A DNA stretch of 63,855 bases, filler included, from Sphacelaria rigidula (lineage: Eukaryota), in assembly GCA_964200075.2 (NCBI GenBank). It is 11 parts of 11 records of this genome, joined end to end, with 100 filler letters (N's around TTAATTAATTAA, not from the genome) between each part and the next. Parts side by side here need not be neighbours in the genome. Positions count along the whole stretch, not along the records: positions 5,816 to 11,530 come from CAXNAA020025030.1; positions 11,631 to 17,345 come from CAXNAA020025031.1; positions 17,446 to 23,159 come from CAXNAA020025032.1; positions 23,260 to 28,973 come from CAXNAA020025033.1; 7 more parts are not named here. The stretch is one strand, 5' to 3'. Made by a program: the position numbers and the translations under genes. Positions within the stretch are counted from its first letter, which is position 1. Each line of letters opens with the position of its first letter. Below are positions 11,505-24,898 of the stretch, piece after piece. The notes under the pieces are model-generated. The model did no database searches. It had not been told where the DNA came from and saw nothing but the letters and a program-made list of their open reading frames with translations.

Positions 11505-12095
11505 ACAGCCCCCCACACACAGCACCCCCCNNNNNNNNNNNNNNNNNNNNNNNNNNNNNNNNNNNNNNNNNNNNTTAATTAATTAANNNNNNNNNNNNNN
11601 NNNNNNNNNNNNNNNNNNNNNNNNNNNNNNCCGCAGGGCTGAGTTCTACAAACACTTCACGGTTTCTGTATATGACACGGATATGACCGGTTTGCGCGAT
11701 TTCTCACAATTTTTCACCTTGTCATGTACCACTCCTAGGTGTACAAAACAAGCTCAATTTCTCCCCACGGTCGTGCTAGCCTCTGCGCCGTCTCTGCCGT
11801 GGATCGTTCTTGGATCAGAATCGCAAGTGCGTACGTAAAAGCAGAAGCCGCCTTTGCTGAAACTGAGGTGTACCAAGCTATTCCAATGAACAACAGCCCG
11901 ACGGCTTCTTCCTATACGTTCGCTGCTGGGCGAGAGGATGTAGGTGCCCCATGCAAAACACCGCTATGTATGCCTGGTTACAGGAATCATGGGCACTCGT
12001 TAGATGCGATCCGAGTGCATGCAACTCCTGCACCGATCGTTAATAGCATGAAAAGTCATTACTGGCAGACTGGAGAACACGACGAGCAGCAATAC

Positions 12096-15000
12096 CTCGT
12101 CGGTGAGGTTGCTGCAGTTTGCCAAGCTGAGACATTCCAGACGCCGAGACGCGTTACCTTGCTCCAGAAACGCCTCGGACAGGCTCTCGATGCCTTCGTC
12201 CGTCAGTCTGCATCGCTAAAACGGTGACGCCAGCGGGATCGACCGGTCAGAAAAACAGTTCCCGTACAAAATCTGCTCTTCGAAGAGAATATACAGCGAC
12301 GATGAGACTAGCAGCGTAGCGTGCGCACGCAATAGTGTCATATGCTGCGCCGTGGTCCACGCCGTGCCACGTCGATCAGAGAAGCCCGGCACGGTTCTTG
12401 AGTCAGATGTCGTTCAGTTGTTGACGATACGAAACGTAACACCCGGCAGCTGGACGGTCCAAGTACAGCCATGATTGATTATTTGTAGTCTTATTTGTAT
12501 CGGGGACGGTTTATCTTCTTTAACTTTTCTTTCCATCCCTTTCCTCTCATTTTCCTTATATTTTCCTTGCATTTCGTTTTGTTTCGTTCCGCTTTTGTCC
12601 TTTGATTCCTAATTTATTCCGTTTGCCCTGTCATTCACAGAGTATTTCTCCCTTGCTCGACTTTTTTTTAGTGATGTTTTCCGTTTTGCTTACCCTGAGC
12701 ACGTTATTATTGTGACTCCGGCTGGATCCTTCGGGAGTCAGTTAATGTGCGACAAACAGCGGATCAACCAAACCAGTCGGGAAACCGTCGGAAATGTACG
12801 ACCAAATACACATTGTTTCACCTCCAGCATTTGTCCAGTACTAGGTCCGTAACTCCCCCTGTGTTTGTCTTGACGTCCACGCCTGCCATGGCTACCTGTC
12901 GGCGTCGTGCAACCATGTCGAGGAGGCGAACCAAGGGGACGGCAACAACGAGCGGATTTTCGACCACAAGCAGACGCATATAAAGAGCTACGATACATCG
13001 TCATGCGGAGAGCCTTTGCGTGCTAAATTTAGCAGCGCCAATATTCCGGCTTGATAGACTTCGTCTTTTGCCCAAATGGCACAGGAAACGCGACCCGAGG
13101 CGTACCCCAACAGCACAAGGTGCAAGCACAGCAGCTCTGCCAACCATTTTTTTTTACGAGGGAGTGCTCCAACCGCAATATAATTATCGTCAGCACATGA
13201 GAAAGAAGGGGATTTTCGCTCGTTTTTGCTGGAGTAGCGTTGCTTCGCTCATGCTGTTCCAGTTCAAGCTTCGCGTAGAACCGAAGAGGACACTGCAAGC
13301 GAGTACCCATCGGGCGTGTAAATAGTGGCGAGGAGCATCATCCCCACAGTATCTCATTTTCCGTGACACAAAGGAGACTGAGCGTTTCAGTAGTCATTGG
13401 TGGATGCCTCTCGCCTTACCGCGGCCACTGCTGACATGTCATCGTCACGTATGCCCCACCCAGATAGCTCCAGTCGACCGTCCTTCGGGGCGCCATCTCG
13501 CAGGCGATACAGGGCGTCCTTTGGCAAGTACGTATTCCCCGAATCCTTTCGGTTATGACAGAATCGAGCTCTCTGCACCCCCGGCATATCGAACACCTAC
13601 TCCAAGCGGAGGGCGAGGAAATGCGCGCACGATTGAGGGTGAAGCGACCCAGCGACAGGCTTCAAACGGCTCACCTTGCTAACCTTGAAAAGGGGTCAAG
13701 AGGGTCGTGCCGAGGGTGTACTCACTAAGCAGTTGATCAAGATTTTTACCAAATGGGAAGTCCTGCAGTGGTCAAACATCGCGGAGATGTGGAGAGCTCC
13801 GGGGTAAACTCTGAAGTAGTTGAACGTTCGAGGGTAATCAATCCTCGCTTTCCTCATGCATCCCCTCCTGAACCCATATGTGTACTATTATACCACCCTG
13901 CCGCACGCCATCACTATGTCGCATGACTGAAAAATAACCTGCCAAACCTCAGTTTTACTTGCACAGCTTCTCCTAAACGATGTCTTACAAGCATCCAGTC
14001 TTCGAGGTGGCATGGAACGGTGTGGAGGGGCGGACGCGCACATCACTTGTGGTTTTTCCACCGTGTACTAAATTGTACACAGCGGTCGCGTGGTTCTCAA
14101 GTCCCGTACCTGCTCGTAATGAGCGATTGTGGGTTTCCGATGGCTGCGCCCAGAATCTTTAGACTGGGGGCGACTTGTAGATGGGCGAGGAGCAGCATGC
14201 ATATGTCGGCTGTCGTCAGCCGTGGCCATGTCTGGTCGCTGCCTCCCTCGTTGCGTGTTGCCCCTTCCAAACTTGCGCTTTTTCTGCGGAAAAGTCGGCA
14301 GGAAAAGACGAATAGGACTCTTGAGGAGTTCTGGGATTCGGGCATGGAACAATTTGTAATTTTTTAATGGGGTGGTAAGTCAAGTGTTCCGGAGGGTGGC
14401 AGCTAGTCTGTACGGTCTTGCAAGACAATCATCGATGTGTGCCTCGAATAATGCGACGGTCTTCCCACTTGAACAAATAGTGTTACTCGACCACTTTCTT
14501 CTTGCTTTTTTCTAGCATATATAGACTCATAGTGTTTCCTCGTGTGTGCGTACAGTAAGTCTGAAACATTCTCCCCGAGCCGAAGCATGTGGCAATTCTA
14601 GAGTGTTTAGTAGCGTGTCTTCGGGCGAGATTGTGTTTCGTACAATAACGCGCCTAGCGACAAAAGTAGTCATGCGTCCATCACCAAGCGTAGAAACCAA
14701 ATGCCCAGCCTTTCCTGTGAAATGAAAGATGGCTGCTGTACGGTAGCCCGACGGAGCAAACAGAGCCATATTTCCCACGAAACACCGTTCAACCTTCCAA
14801 GAAGATACCGGGTGCGGGCATTTGTTTGTCACTCCCACGGTGCCGCTAATGGCGATATCCAAAGGTGTGCCGCGGAAACGTTATTTGCGGAGATGAATCT
14901 ACCAACACATCTTTCGTTTCCAGCAGCATCCTAGTTGCCGAGAGAGTTGCGGATGAAAACACGAACCCCGGGGCGTTCTTGAAGGATTCCACCGTACAGT

Positions 15001-15457
15001 GAGAACTGGCTTCATGGCGCTCGTTACCTGTTGAGTAGTCGGATTCTCGGCACCTCTCCTGTTATTTCCAGAAGTACCCTTCGGGGACCGCAACGCATCG
15101 CTTCCCGCCTGTGCTACGCCGTGATAGTCCACGGCGCCCAGCGCTCCCCGCTGACGCTTACGCCCTGTCTGACCTTTACCACCGCCGTCGCCGCCACCGA
15201 CGTAGGCGTGCCTTTCACGCATAACACGGTCACCTCCAGGTTTCCTTGTGCCGTCGACCAGAAAGGGTTTGCGTCCAGTCCCATTGTCCGCGGCGGTGCT
15301 GACGGCACGATTTTGACAATGCTGAAAATCAGACCCACGGAATTCTCTGCTGTCGGTATTTTGATCCTGCTGCACGGGTTCTCCTGCGAGGTCTGCCCGG
15401 TCGCCGCCGTCGTTGCCAAAATCTGCTCCATTGGCAAAGTTTGAACGATATCTCTTT
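12096..15457 (-). CDS. Cys-containing LRR (F-box/LRR-type repeat) protein, partial; exons ~15457-15028, 14283-14110, ~13545-13420, 12895-12822, 12207-12096
   Basis: Splicing joins RLELSGWGIRDDDMSAVAA | VAMAGVDVKTNTGGVTDLVLDKCWR | LTDEGIESLSEAFLEQGNASRRLECLSLANCSNLTDE (LxLxxCxxLTDxG repeats) with GT-AG and matching phases. The upstream low-complexity exons are less certain. Confidence 0.8.
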
Positions 15458-16651
15458 CTTAGATACTGGTCTAATCATTGCGATGAGGCTAGAGTTTGAT
15501 ATCTTGAGCTATTACAAACGCATAACGCAAGAAGATAAAGCCTGGCTAACGCGGTACTGCAAGTCGACTTCGAGTGTAAGGTTGTGTCTCTTGCTCCAAA
15601 AGCCATTTCCCGACTGACTGAAAGTAAAGGGATTGATTCTAGTGGACCGCTGATTGGTGGGCCCACGACTTTTTACCATTCATTGCTGTCGTGACCGTCG
15701 TGTCTCAACAACTCTCATGAGGGTAGCGCTATCCTCCAGAGTTTAAAAAGTGAACGAGGAGGCGAACAGGAACATACGCGGGGCCATGGTGGTTTTGTAG
15801 CGACCAAGTGGCATGTGCGGCTAGAGAAATGAAGCGAAATCAGACACCGCGCTACACCTAGGCAGTGCGAGCTCTAGTTCTCGCGATGCAACAACGTGCA
15901 CGTCGAAAATTTAGCCTCTCGGCTGACTGAGCACATTGTACGTTTATTGGTTGGATCAAATGAGAACTGAGTGAGAACTTGTGTTATTAGCAGCCATGAT
16001 ACAGCCACAACAGTGCAAGCGATGCATAGATATGTCTGTTTCCATCATGTCCCTGGCAAGTCTTTGTGTCGCTCATCCCCTACCGAATGACTTCCGTGAT
16101 CTGAAGTTTTTCGACGTTGCGGAGAGGGATACCGTTACATCGAATGGGCCTCTGCTTGGGTGCTCCACAGGAGCGGCTGCTGTGCATCGAAAAACCTCTC
16201 CATTCTCATTGGCTCCTTGAACGCCTCATGAAAAGTGTACGTGTGACGTGACAGAGAGTTGTTAAGTTGTGTAATGCCTTGCTCGGTCAAGTCACCGATC
16301 GTTCCTTCGGTTGCTTTTCCGTGTAGACCCAGCTCTGACCACAACGAAATTCGAACCGACTCGGTTCAGGAGTCGTTTCCACAAGAGATGAGAGAAGACA
16401 CGGCATGATCCTACTGTATCAGCTGTTAATTCACTTCCTGCGACTTGTGGTCGCACGTGTGCACTAGGCTTGACGTCAACGTAGTGTTTTTTTCCTTTCG
16501 GCATTGCCCAGATAGTTTTATGTCCACCGTAGTCAGGACTGTGACAATGACAACTACATGCATGGTGTTCGGGGTCTCTACTATTGCAATACGGTTCAAA
16601 TGTTATCGTGCATTGCAGTAATATATGCGTACTGCGATTTGCCGCCGCACT

Positions 16652-16790
16652 AGTCGCCCCGGTGGCTCAGTTGATGACCTCGAAACCCTCTGACGGTTGG
16701 GTCGTGGGTTCGAATCTCGGCTCAGTCACACGACCTGGGATTTTTCTCACACGATGCTCAAGAGTGGAGAGCGACTACGTCGTGGGTACT
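16652..16790 (+). mobile_element. SINE family B, 5' part
   Basis: A-box TGGCTCAGTTGA and B-box GGTTCGAATC; matches 30485-30610. Confidence 0.75.
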
Positions 16791-17258
16791 CATGCACCCC
16801 TCCCCCCAGGTGGTGTGTGTTTTGTATGTGGTGCTTTTCCTGTTATGCATAGCTGTCCGTCTAGAGGTACAAGGATAGAACCCTACGAATCTTATCGCGT
16901 TGGCTGGTGATCGTGGTTCCTGAGTATGGCTCCCTTCCGGTTTGGCTTCGCGTGTTGAATGCACCAATGAGCCCTACCTCCAGTAACCCGAATGGTCGCA
17001 TACGGCATCGGAACTTATGGGGCTGGCAGTATATATATATATATATATATGTTTCCTTCTTCGTTTTCTTCTTGTTGATTTTTATTCGGGTTTTTTCTCG
17101 TGTCACGTCTGTGTGAATTTTTTTCTACGTCCGATTTTATATTTTACTGTATTATTCCCTATATTGGGGTAGTTAGCCTGTGACCACGGAAGACGTCCGC
17201 ATCAGATGCCCAGTGCAGGCTACTCCCAGATACCGGAACGTTTTTATAATGTGAAGGC

Positions 17259-17265
17259 GACAACG

Positions 17266-17337
<72 letters not shown>

Positions 17338-17340
17338 CAA
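17259..17340 (+). repeat. (ACA)n microsatellite
   Basis: Directly visible in the sequence. Confidence 0.98.
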
Positions 17341-17526
17341 GATTCNNNNNNNNNNNNNNNNNNNNNNNNNNNNNNNNNNNNNNNNNNNNTTAATTAATTA
17401 ANNNNNNNNNNNNNNNNNNNNNNNNNNNNNNNNNNNNNNNNNNNNGCCGGGACTGGAGTGCAGACGTGGGCTGGTCAGAGCTCGACAGACGAAGAAAAGA
17501 AGCAACAGAGTAGGCCCCCCCCCCCC

Positions 17527-18640
17527 ATGAGCCTTGGAAGGCTGAGACATTCCCAGCGCAGCTGATTCACGGCGTGGAGGATATCATACCGGGAGATCTG
17601 TAGGACTTACATGGTGGTACCCACGATTGATCGATACCTCCGCTTGCCTTTCTCGTCTGGCAGATTCTTCTCCGGGTGGTTGATCCAAATTTCTGATCCC
17701 GCTCCTGGTGTGACGGCGAGGTTATAGTCGTGAAGGTTTCATGCCAAAGCGCTCGGTGACTTTTTCCGTGTAGTCTTCTTGGTTGATGGTGCTGTTCATG
17801 CCGAACACCCTCGACACATCCGCCACGCCCGCCATCTCGAAACGGTCCATAAGCTATTTCTTGAGCTTGTTCAGAAGCTGCTCGTTCGAGCCCAGTAGAA
17901 GGACGTCGTCCCAGCACAGCGTAGAATGGCAAAGTCACTGTCATCCTCCTATACGTAAATGCACGGGTCCGATTTGAGAAGGCGTAACCCGACTTTGGCG
18001 AGGTGGTAGTCAATCGTGCCGAGCCAATTCTTCGGGCTCTGCCGGAGACCGTACAAACTCGTATTAAGCTCCATGACTATGGGAAAGTGGGACTTACGCG
18101 CGATTTCGTAGCTGGGGCTCATCTTTGCGAGAACGTCTTTCTCCACATCGGCGTTCAGAAATGTTGTCTGGATACCCAGCATAAACACAACGTAGTCCGG
18201 TTTCGCTGCGACTACCAGCATCATGCGGATGCTCTGAAGCCTGCAAACGGGGGAGAATGTGCCACCGCAGTCAATTCCAGGGACCTGAGGTTGCCCTTGC
18301 ATGACGAGACGGCTTTTGTATGTGTAGTCCGCCTCGATATTATTTACCCACCGCGTGTTTCCCATCACCTCCTGTCCTGCCGGGACTGCAGTGATAACCA
18401 GGACTGCAGTGATTGTTACCAGATCGTAGACGGCGTGCTCGTCCAGGCTTGCGATTTCTTTGCCTGGCGTCGCTTTCCCACTCGCCGCTTGTAGCAGGTC
18501 CGTGGCCTCCTTGAAGATGTGCGGGATTGCTTCCTTTACGCCCCCCACTGAAAAGCTTCCTTGTGTGTTGGTAATGGCGTAGGCGTACTCTGTGCTGAAC
18601 ACGACGCCGTCATGTTGGTGCGCGATGTCCAAACTGGCGT
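17527..18640 (-). pseudogene. Ty1/copia reverse transcriptase relic
   Basis: YKSRLVMQG.Q.PGID..GTFSPV..TFLNADVE..SLYGLRQSPKNW..SDPCIYV, then a frameshifted DDVLL region and RYDILHAVNQL..SQPSKAH. Contains stops and frameshifts. Confidence 0.95.
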
Positions 18641-19067
18641 GAGATCCTGGCTTGTGCAGCTGTTGGAGCGTGTCCTTCTGGAATACACGAGCTGAAAGGT
18701 GTAGGCCATATGTTGAGTCGGCATCGTTTTCACTTGAACGATGGACCTAAGACCCAGATGGCCTACACCGCCGGCCATGGGTTGACCCTTTCACCACCAG
18801 GTTGGGTCATCTAGGTCATACTCATCTTTCGACGGAAATATGATGCCGATTAAACGGACGACCTTCCCTGGGCAGCCAAAAGGTTGAGGCCCAAGAGTTA
18901 TAGAATGTCCATCATGCGTGGAGTAAGTGCTTGGTTATTTCCACGAATCAAATCGTACGGTTTTGATGGACACGGGGATTCGTTCTCGCTCCCCACCAGC
19001 AGTGGTTCATATGGAAAATATCACCTGCGGTTCACATTGCATGAATCATACGTACAATCATTGCCGC

Positions 19068-19382
19068 TGCGACCCGGTGGTGTAGTGGTTCGACTGATGC
19101 CATTAGGTTGGAGAGAACGAGGGTTGGATTCCCGATGCGTTGGGTTTTTTCTTCGTGATGTGTTATTTCCACCGTGGAAAGCGTGAGAACGTAAGCAAAC
19201 AAAGTAGTCGACTGGGTTCGTGTGACGTGAATTGACGCGGTGCGGGAGTGCTGACCCAATCCGCAAGACCGAAGTGTAAGGCGCGTACCGGGGGAGAGAC
19301 GGGTTGATCCCTTGAGACCACGGACTCATCCGGAGGAAGGGGAGGGGTTCAAAGTGCGAGGGAAAATAATAATAATGAAAAA
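19068..19382 (+). mobile_element. tRNA-headed SINE family A (full length)
   Basis: A-box TGGTGTAGTGG (19078-19088), B-box GGTTGGATTCC (19122-19132), A-rich tail; at least 5 copies in the window. Confidence 0.85.
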
Positions 19383-21021
19383 AGAATTAGACATATATAT
19401 TTCCTACCTGATACTCGTACGGCATGAACCATATGTACCTGTTCCTCACCTGTCATTCCCGATCGCGATTCGTGCAGGATGAATCAAGTTGACATGTTCC
19501 CCACCACTGATTCGTACAAGGACTGTGATCCGCACATATTTTGTACGCTCTACACGTTTGATGTTACATGGAGCGTACGCGATTCCGTTCGATATTCGTG
19601 CGATACCACGTCGAACGCACAACTTTCTCATCTGTGATGCATACGCGGTGAGTCTTGGGCACATGATTCATACTCAACATTCGTGAAGAGTCAAACCGTA
19701 TGAACTTTGATTCGTCCAGCCCTTGGCTATTTTTTTAACCACATGAACCACAGGGTGGGAAATATGCACCTCCGATGCATGCCATATGAACTACAGATGG
19801 GAAGAGTGTGCCTTCGACGGCGAACCGTATGGGTAACGCCCAAAAATATGTGTGTTTCATCTAGTGTTGTCGCACGAATCACGAGCCATATACATTTTTA
19901 CGAATCACAGTTTGTGTGCGAATCGTATGATTGATTCGTGCAAAGTTTGAGTATGAGATGAATCACGGTTTTAGTCGTAAGACCCTCGGAATGTTAATTT
20001 AATCTCCACGCTCCGCCTGCCGACGGCTATCGATGCCCGTGTCACTGCGAGTCCTCCAGAGACTACAGGGAAATCTCAAAAGGTCACTCTCGGAGCGAAT
20101 GTCCCTCGTGTGTGCATCCAGGATCAGCACGTGAACTAATTGCTCTGCGTGGTTCTGCGGCAGGGGTGCACACTTTTTTCTGAGGCTCTGATGAAAAAAA
20201 TCTGGGCCTTCGTGTGTAGCCCCAGAAATCTTTTGGACTAAAAAGTGCACCCCGACCGTAGAATCACTGTTCTTTTCACTTCAATGACACTGGTGTGAAG
20301 AACTTGTCCCCTCCCTCCCACGCGCTTCCGCACAATAGAGGGTTTCGGAAAACGCTTATTTTGTCATTTCAGAGTGCAAATATCTTAGGATCAGCGTGTT
20401 ACGAAAAATTATTTCACCCTCCGTCGAATGTGATATCCCCTCGAGTTTTTTTCGATGAGTTTTTGTTTTCTATTTATTCCGCACTCTGATCCTGAAATAT
20501 TTTACTCTGAAACGACAAACAAGCGTAATTATCCGAAACTCTTCAATTTGGGTCAACATCATGGGAGGAATGGGGGAGAGATACGAATCCTTTGATCGTC
20601 GGACTACACCCTGCATCACCGCCACATAGCGCTGTTGATCACATTACTGTTGTCATTATTGTTATTGTCGCTGTTGTCGTCGTTGTCGTTGTTGTTGTTG
20701 TTATTGTTATTTTCCCATCAATACGTGAAAAAGACGACTGAGAATACACCTCTTCCTTCGACGTGCCGATTGGGCATTTTGGAACGTATTCACCTACTTT
20801 TCCGCCTGTTTTTTTTTTCCCCCAATTTTTTCGCTGCGGCACGCGGAAATGCAAGACATTGTAGGTCGATCGCCAGTCGAGAAGCGGACACACCCGAATA
20901 AAAAAATCAATTGACGGCTTTATGGCGGTGGAAACCGCAGACAATTGGCCGCCTAAGCAGTATTTAACTTGTTCCGTCGAACCATCGTTTGTCTCGCTGT
21001 TCTTTTCTTGTTCCATTCCAG

Positions 21022-22678
21022 GATTTGAGAGACGTGGTACTGGGCACCGAAGGCGCGTTGAACGGCTTGCTGATGAACGTGACGCAACCTCACACGGAAT
21101 CCCTCCTGAAGAACTGCGTGTGGGCTTTGAGCAACATGTGCAGGGGGAAGCCTCAGCCCGATACAAAGACTTTGGCGCCGATTTTTCCCGTTTTCCCCGC
21201 GCTACTAGGGTCCCTGGACGAGAAGGTGAGGGTGGCATGCGGAGGAAAACTGTAGAGGAAGGATTTTGGAACACCTAGTGTGATGCTTTGGTTGTTGCAC
21301 TGCAGAGCCGTCATTTTCCAGCAGGTCTATGGGTGTCATTGCAAACCTTTTCATCTTTCGACCGCGGGTCTGATTAAACGGGCAGATATAAATGGGGGTA
21401 AAGTTATCCTGGTGATTGACCCCTTGGGAGCAATGTCTCTTTTTCAGAAAAAAATCTCGGACTGATATTGAATGGCTGTTAACACGATGCGTGAGTCGAA
21501 CAGCTTCCATCTGTTTGGGAGCACCGCTCCCGATGAAAACATGCCGTATATCCCGTGATCCTTGACGTGACCTCTTCCTCGCGTAGTTGTTTTTACCAAA
21601 GCAGATGGTTTATTTTTTCAAGGACATATTTCCAGTGATTCATCCAGGGTCGATCTTTGGCATCTGGTGCCGCGAGGGTTGATCTCAAACAGATGCTCCT
21701 GGAGCACAGATCTACGGACGTTTGCAGGGTAGAAACACTGGTGCTTATTTCTTCACAGACGGGAATAGTATAGACAACACTTGGCGTAGCACTCCCTTGT
21801 TGCTGTCCAGCTTTTCATGAATCTACCCATGTGTCGCACACGTCGGCGGCGTCTCATCAACATCAAGATCGTCTCCCTCATGGTGCTGTGCATGCCAAAA
21901 TCCCACCTTCGTTATTCAGCGTTGGAGTATTGTAGCGTCAACATGGGCCGTCGCCCTTCATCGAGTTTTCGACCAAATAGTTCACGGTTAGGACGAATCA
22001 TCACGGGCTCGAATCACCAAATCCACGATTTCTTCGGCTTGATTGCCCAAAAGGGAGAAAAATGTTGGCCGCTGGTCCAAGGGGTATCCACGCAACTTTT
22101 GCGCCGTTCCACGTGTCTGGCCGGCGTGTACCCGGGTTGCAACGCTGAAAACAAAGCCTAGGGATTGACTCGTACATTTCGAACCTATTACACTAAAACC
22201 AAGTAATTTCTAGGCGAATCATTGATTTGTGCGACTCTTGCAATAGTTGCACTCTTTCTTCGCGATTTCCCGAACTTTTTTCTTTGTCGCTGGCGCACTC
22301 TATTTCCGATGGTCTTAGTTGAATACATCAACCCGCTTCGTCCGCTTCAGCTTACCCCGGCGTCTCTGCTTCATTCCATTATTTCCCTTACTTCACGTGA
22401 GAATATTCTTGTCCAGGGTTCATTTTCCTTACCTTATATTGATGCCCTACTCTACATTTTTTCTCTCGTTTCTCTTTCATGATATCTAGGTTTTGTTGGA
22501 CGCGTGCTGCGCGTTGATGTACGTCTCCGATGGTGACAAGGACCGCATCACGGCTGTGATGTCCTCAGGCGTTGTCCACCCGCTGGTGGGACTTTTGAGG
22601 CATGACGACTGGAGGGTGGTCAGCCCGGCATTAAAAACGCTCGGAAACTTCGTGTCGGGCACTGATAACCAGACGCAG
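21022..22678 (+). CDS. Importin-alpha (karyopherin alpha)-like, ARM4-6; exons 21022-21225 and 22490-22678
   Basis: DLRDVVL..LLKNCVWALSNMCRGKPQP..| VLLDACCALMYVSDGDKDRITAVMSSGVVHPLVGLL..VVSPALKTLGNFVSGTDNQTQ. Both exons are phase 0 with GT-AG. Confidence 0.93.
21985..22240. mobile_element. TIR element family E, one arm (intronic)
   Basis: Matches 54900-55163 and 29074-29240. Confidence 0.75.
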
Positions 22679-22999
22679 GTTCGTCTAGTCGCATCGCTCG
22701 TGTACGCGACGGTTTTCAACGTCATGCGTTGATTCCATCCGTAGATGTCGAGCAATAAATGCTCAGCCGTTACGCCGATTTTGTTGTTTTTCGTCATGTG
22801 TTTTTGAATCCCCCACGAGTGACGATAGCGTCATTTATGACGAGCGTGAAGACGTACGTGGCCAAAAGATTGCCTTGAACAAACTCAATCGCCCGGTCGC
22901 TGTTGGGGGGAAAACGAAAAGTCAAATCAGCGCGTAGCTTACATGTGCTTTTTGTTTGTCATGTTATTTTTCCATCCCCTTCCCCCCCCCCGGTTAGAC

Positions 23000-23159
23000 A
23001 CCCGTGAGGCAGGGTAAAAGTTGTAGCTGTCTCTGGAAGAGGCGATACCACAGAATAAAGCAATTCATTGTTGGCTGTCATCCAAATGTAAGATTATCAG
23101 TAGGCTTCTGGCCGAACAATCTTAGCAGGGTGCAGCTCACCCTTCATGCGACTCACCGA
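23000..23159 (+). mobile_element. Family F retroposon fragment
   Basis: Aligns with 27557-27718 and is preceded by a C-run. Confidence 0.75.
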
Positions 23160-23324
23160 NNNNNNNNNNNNNNNNNNNNNNNNNNNNNNNNNNNNNNNNN
23201 NNNTTAATTAATTAANNNNNNNNNNNNNNNNNNNNNNNNNNNNNNNNNNNNNNNNNNNNTTTTGCTTCTCCTCACGCCCCGCTTCCTAGCACTCCCCCCC
23301 CCCCCCCCCCCCCCCCTCCCTATA

Positions 23325-23802
23325 AAGCATGTTTGCATGGCCCAATGGACACTGCGAGAAATATGAAACTGCGGTTTCGGGTGGGGGACCTGAACCTGCC
23401 AGAAAGAATGAATATATTCACCAGTAGTCGAAAGGAGGAAGTAGATGGACAGAACTGCCTCTGTGGCAAAGGAATAGAGAGCAGAAGTCATATTGTGGAA
23501 AAATGTGACCTATATAAGGAGGAACTGCGGGACGTGAACATGAGTGGCATGGAATCGTTTGATGCATCAGACAGTGGGTAGAGGGAGAAGACGATGGCTA
23601 TACTTGGAGATAGATGTTGGCCAGAGATGGCGAAACAAGACGGGAATAAGATATGTAAAAGGTTTTTGTGTTATGTATCGAAGAAACGAAATGAATGCTG
23701 GAATGTTGCAGGTGTCTCTATTAGGAGTAGGAACGGTGCTCCGCCTCGAAGGGAATGCGTGGTCAATGGTCAAACGACTAAGGCAAGCAACAAATGAGTA
23801 CG
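23325..23802 (+). mobile_element. LINE 3' fragment (family C), ORF2 C-terminus plus tail
   Basis: KLRFRVGDLNLPER..CLCGKGIESRSHIVEKCDLY is the CCHC knuckle typical of non-LTR ORF2 C-termini. Ends ATGAGTACG+C15. Confidence 0.85.
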
Positions 23803-24397
23803 CCCCCCCCCCCCCCCTCTATCGTACCATAGCTCGGTGACTTTTACTTGTATCTGCGTTGAAGACGGGATGTGCCTTATCAACCTCGTCACAAGTGTGC
23901 CTATCCAGTCTTCTGTTGAAAGGGTCCTTGCTTGAGGCTTGGCGTACGTATGCCGTGGCTGCGATTTTAACTTCGAGAGCATGTTTTCGTAGATCCATGA
24001 TTGTGATGTGGCCAATACCGGGGTGTTCAACCGCGCGTGAAGAGTTCATACAAACCCACATATATTTTTTATCACATGAAGGAAAGTGGCTGTTGCGACA
24101 CTGTCTTTTCCTCGTCCAAGAAAATAACTAAACAAGGAAAACACCCGAGATTGAAAATTCCATGGGGCAAGGAAAATATACTGCGTACAGTAGTGTCGGA
24201 TCTATTCTAATGTCTGTTGCAATAGAAAACATATTTGATGCTGTACGCGGTACCCTTGTTGCCATTGCAACCCATCGTGCTATTATCCAGGGTGTGGTAT
24301 CTCAGCGAAAGTGTAGAGAGCGAACATCTCTCTCAATTCAATCGTCACTTCTTGTCCCTACCCTGCACGCCGTCTTTCATGTGCATGAACCATTTAG

Positions 24398-24493
24398 GTA
24401 CGCATGTTCAGCCAAGGACAACTCTAATGTCGATCTGGCCATCAAGGAGGTGATGCGTCAAGCGATCAAGATGGACCATCAGGACGCAGAAAA
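24398..24493 (+). CDS. Exon of a Rab-like small GTPase (G5 region)
   Basis: tttag|G TAC..YACSAKDNSNVDLAIKEVMRQA..|gtgag shows the SAK G5 motif plus helix 5. A phase-compatible next exon may start at 24807. Confidence 0.6.
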
Positions 24494-24898
24494 GTGAGAA
24501 AGGAGGCTACGATGTATGATGGAGGATGACGATTAGCTGTGTCTGCTTTTCCCTCATCTAACAATACAAAGACGACATGAACATTCTGGTCATGTGATTG
24601 ATTGGATTGTGAAATCTTACCCTACGTTGTTGTTTCTTTCGCCCCCGATTTATTTTTCTCACGGCCATCATCCATGAAAATGTGAGGAAAAAAAACAAAA
24701 GTCTGAAAGCTATCCCACCGTAGGAGGCGAAACAGGTGGGTGGATAATGGTGGGGGACTGATATACAACGACACGATCCATCACTTGCCTATGTGTATTT
24801 TTGCAGGATAAAGCGTCATCAACGCCAGGAAGGGGCTATCGTAAGGCCGCTTCTTATGACAAAAAAAAAAAAAAAACTGGGGAAATTCTCTTGACCCT

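Noticed and set aside
16652..16725. tRNA-like sequences (also 19070, 26575-26640, 30487, 52150)
   Set aside because: A/B boxes are present but there is no consistent cloverleaf. Most continue into repeated SINE bodies.
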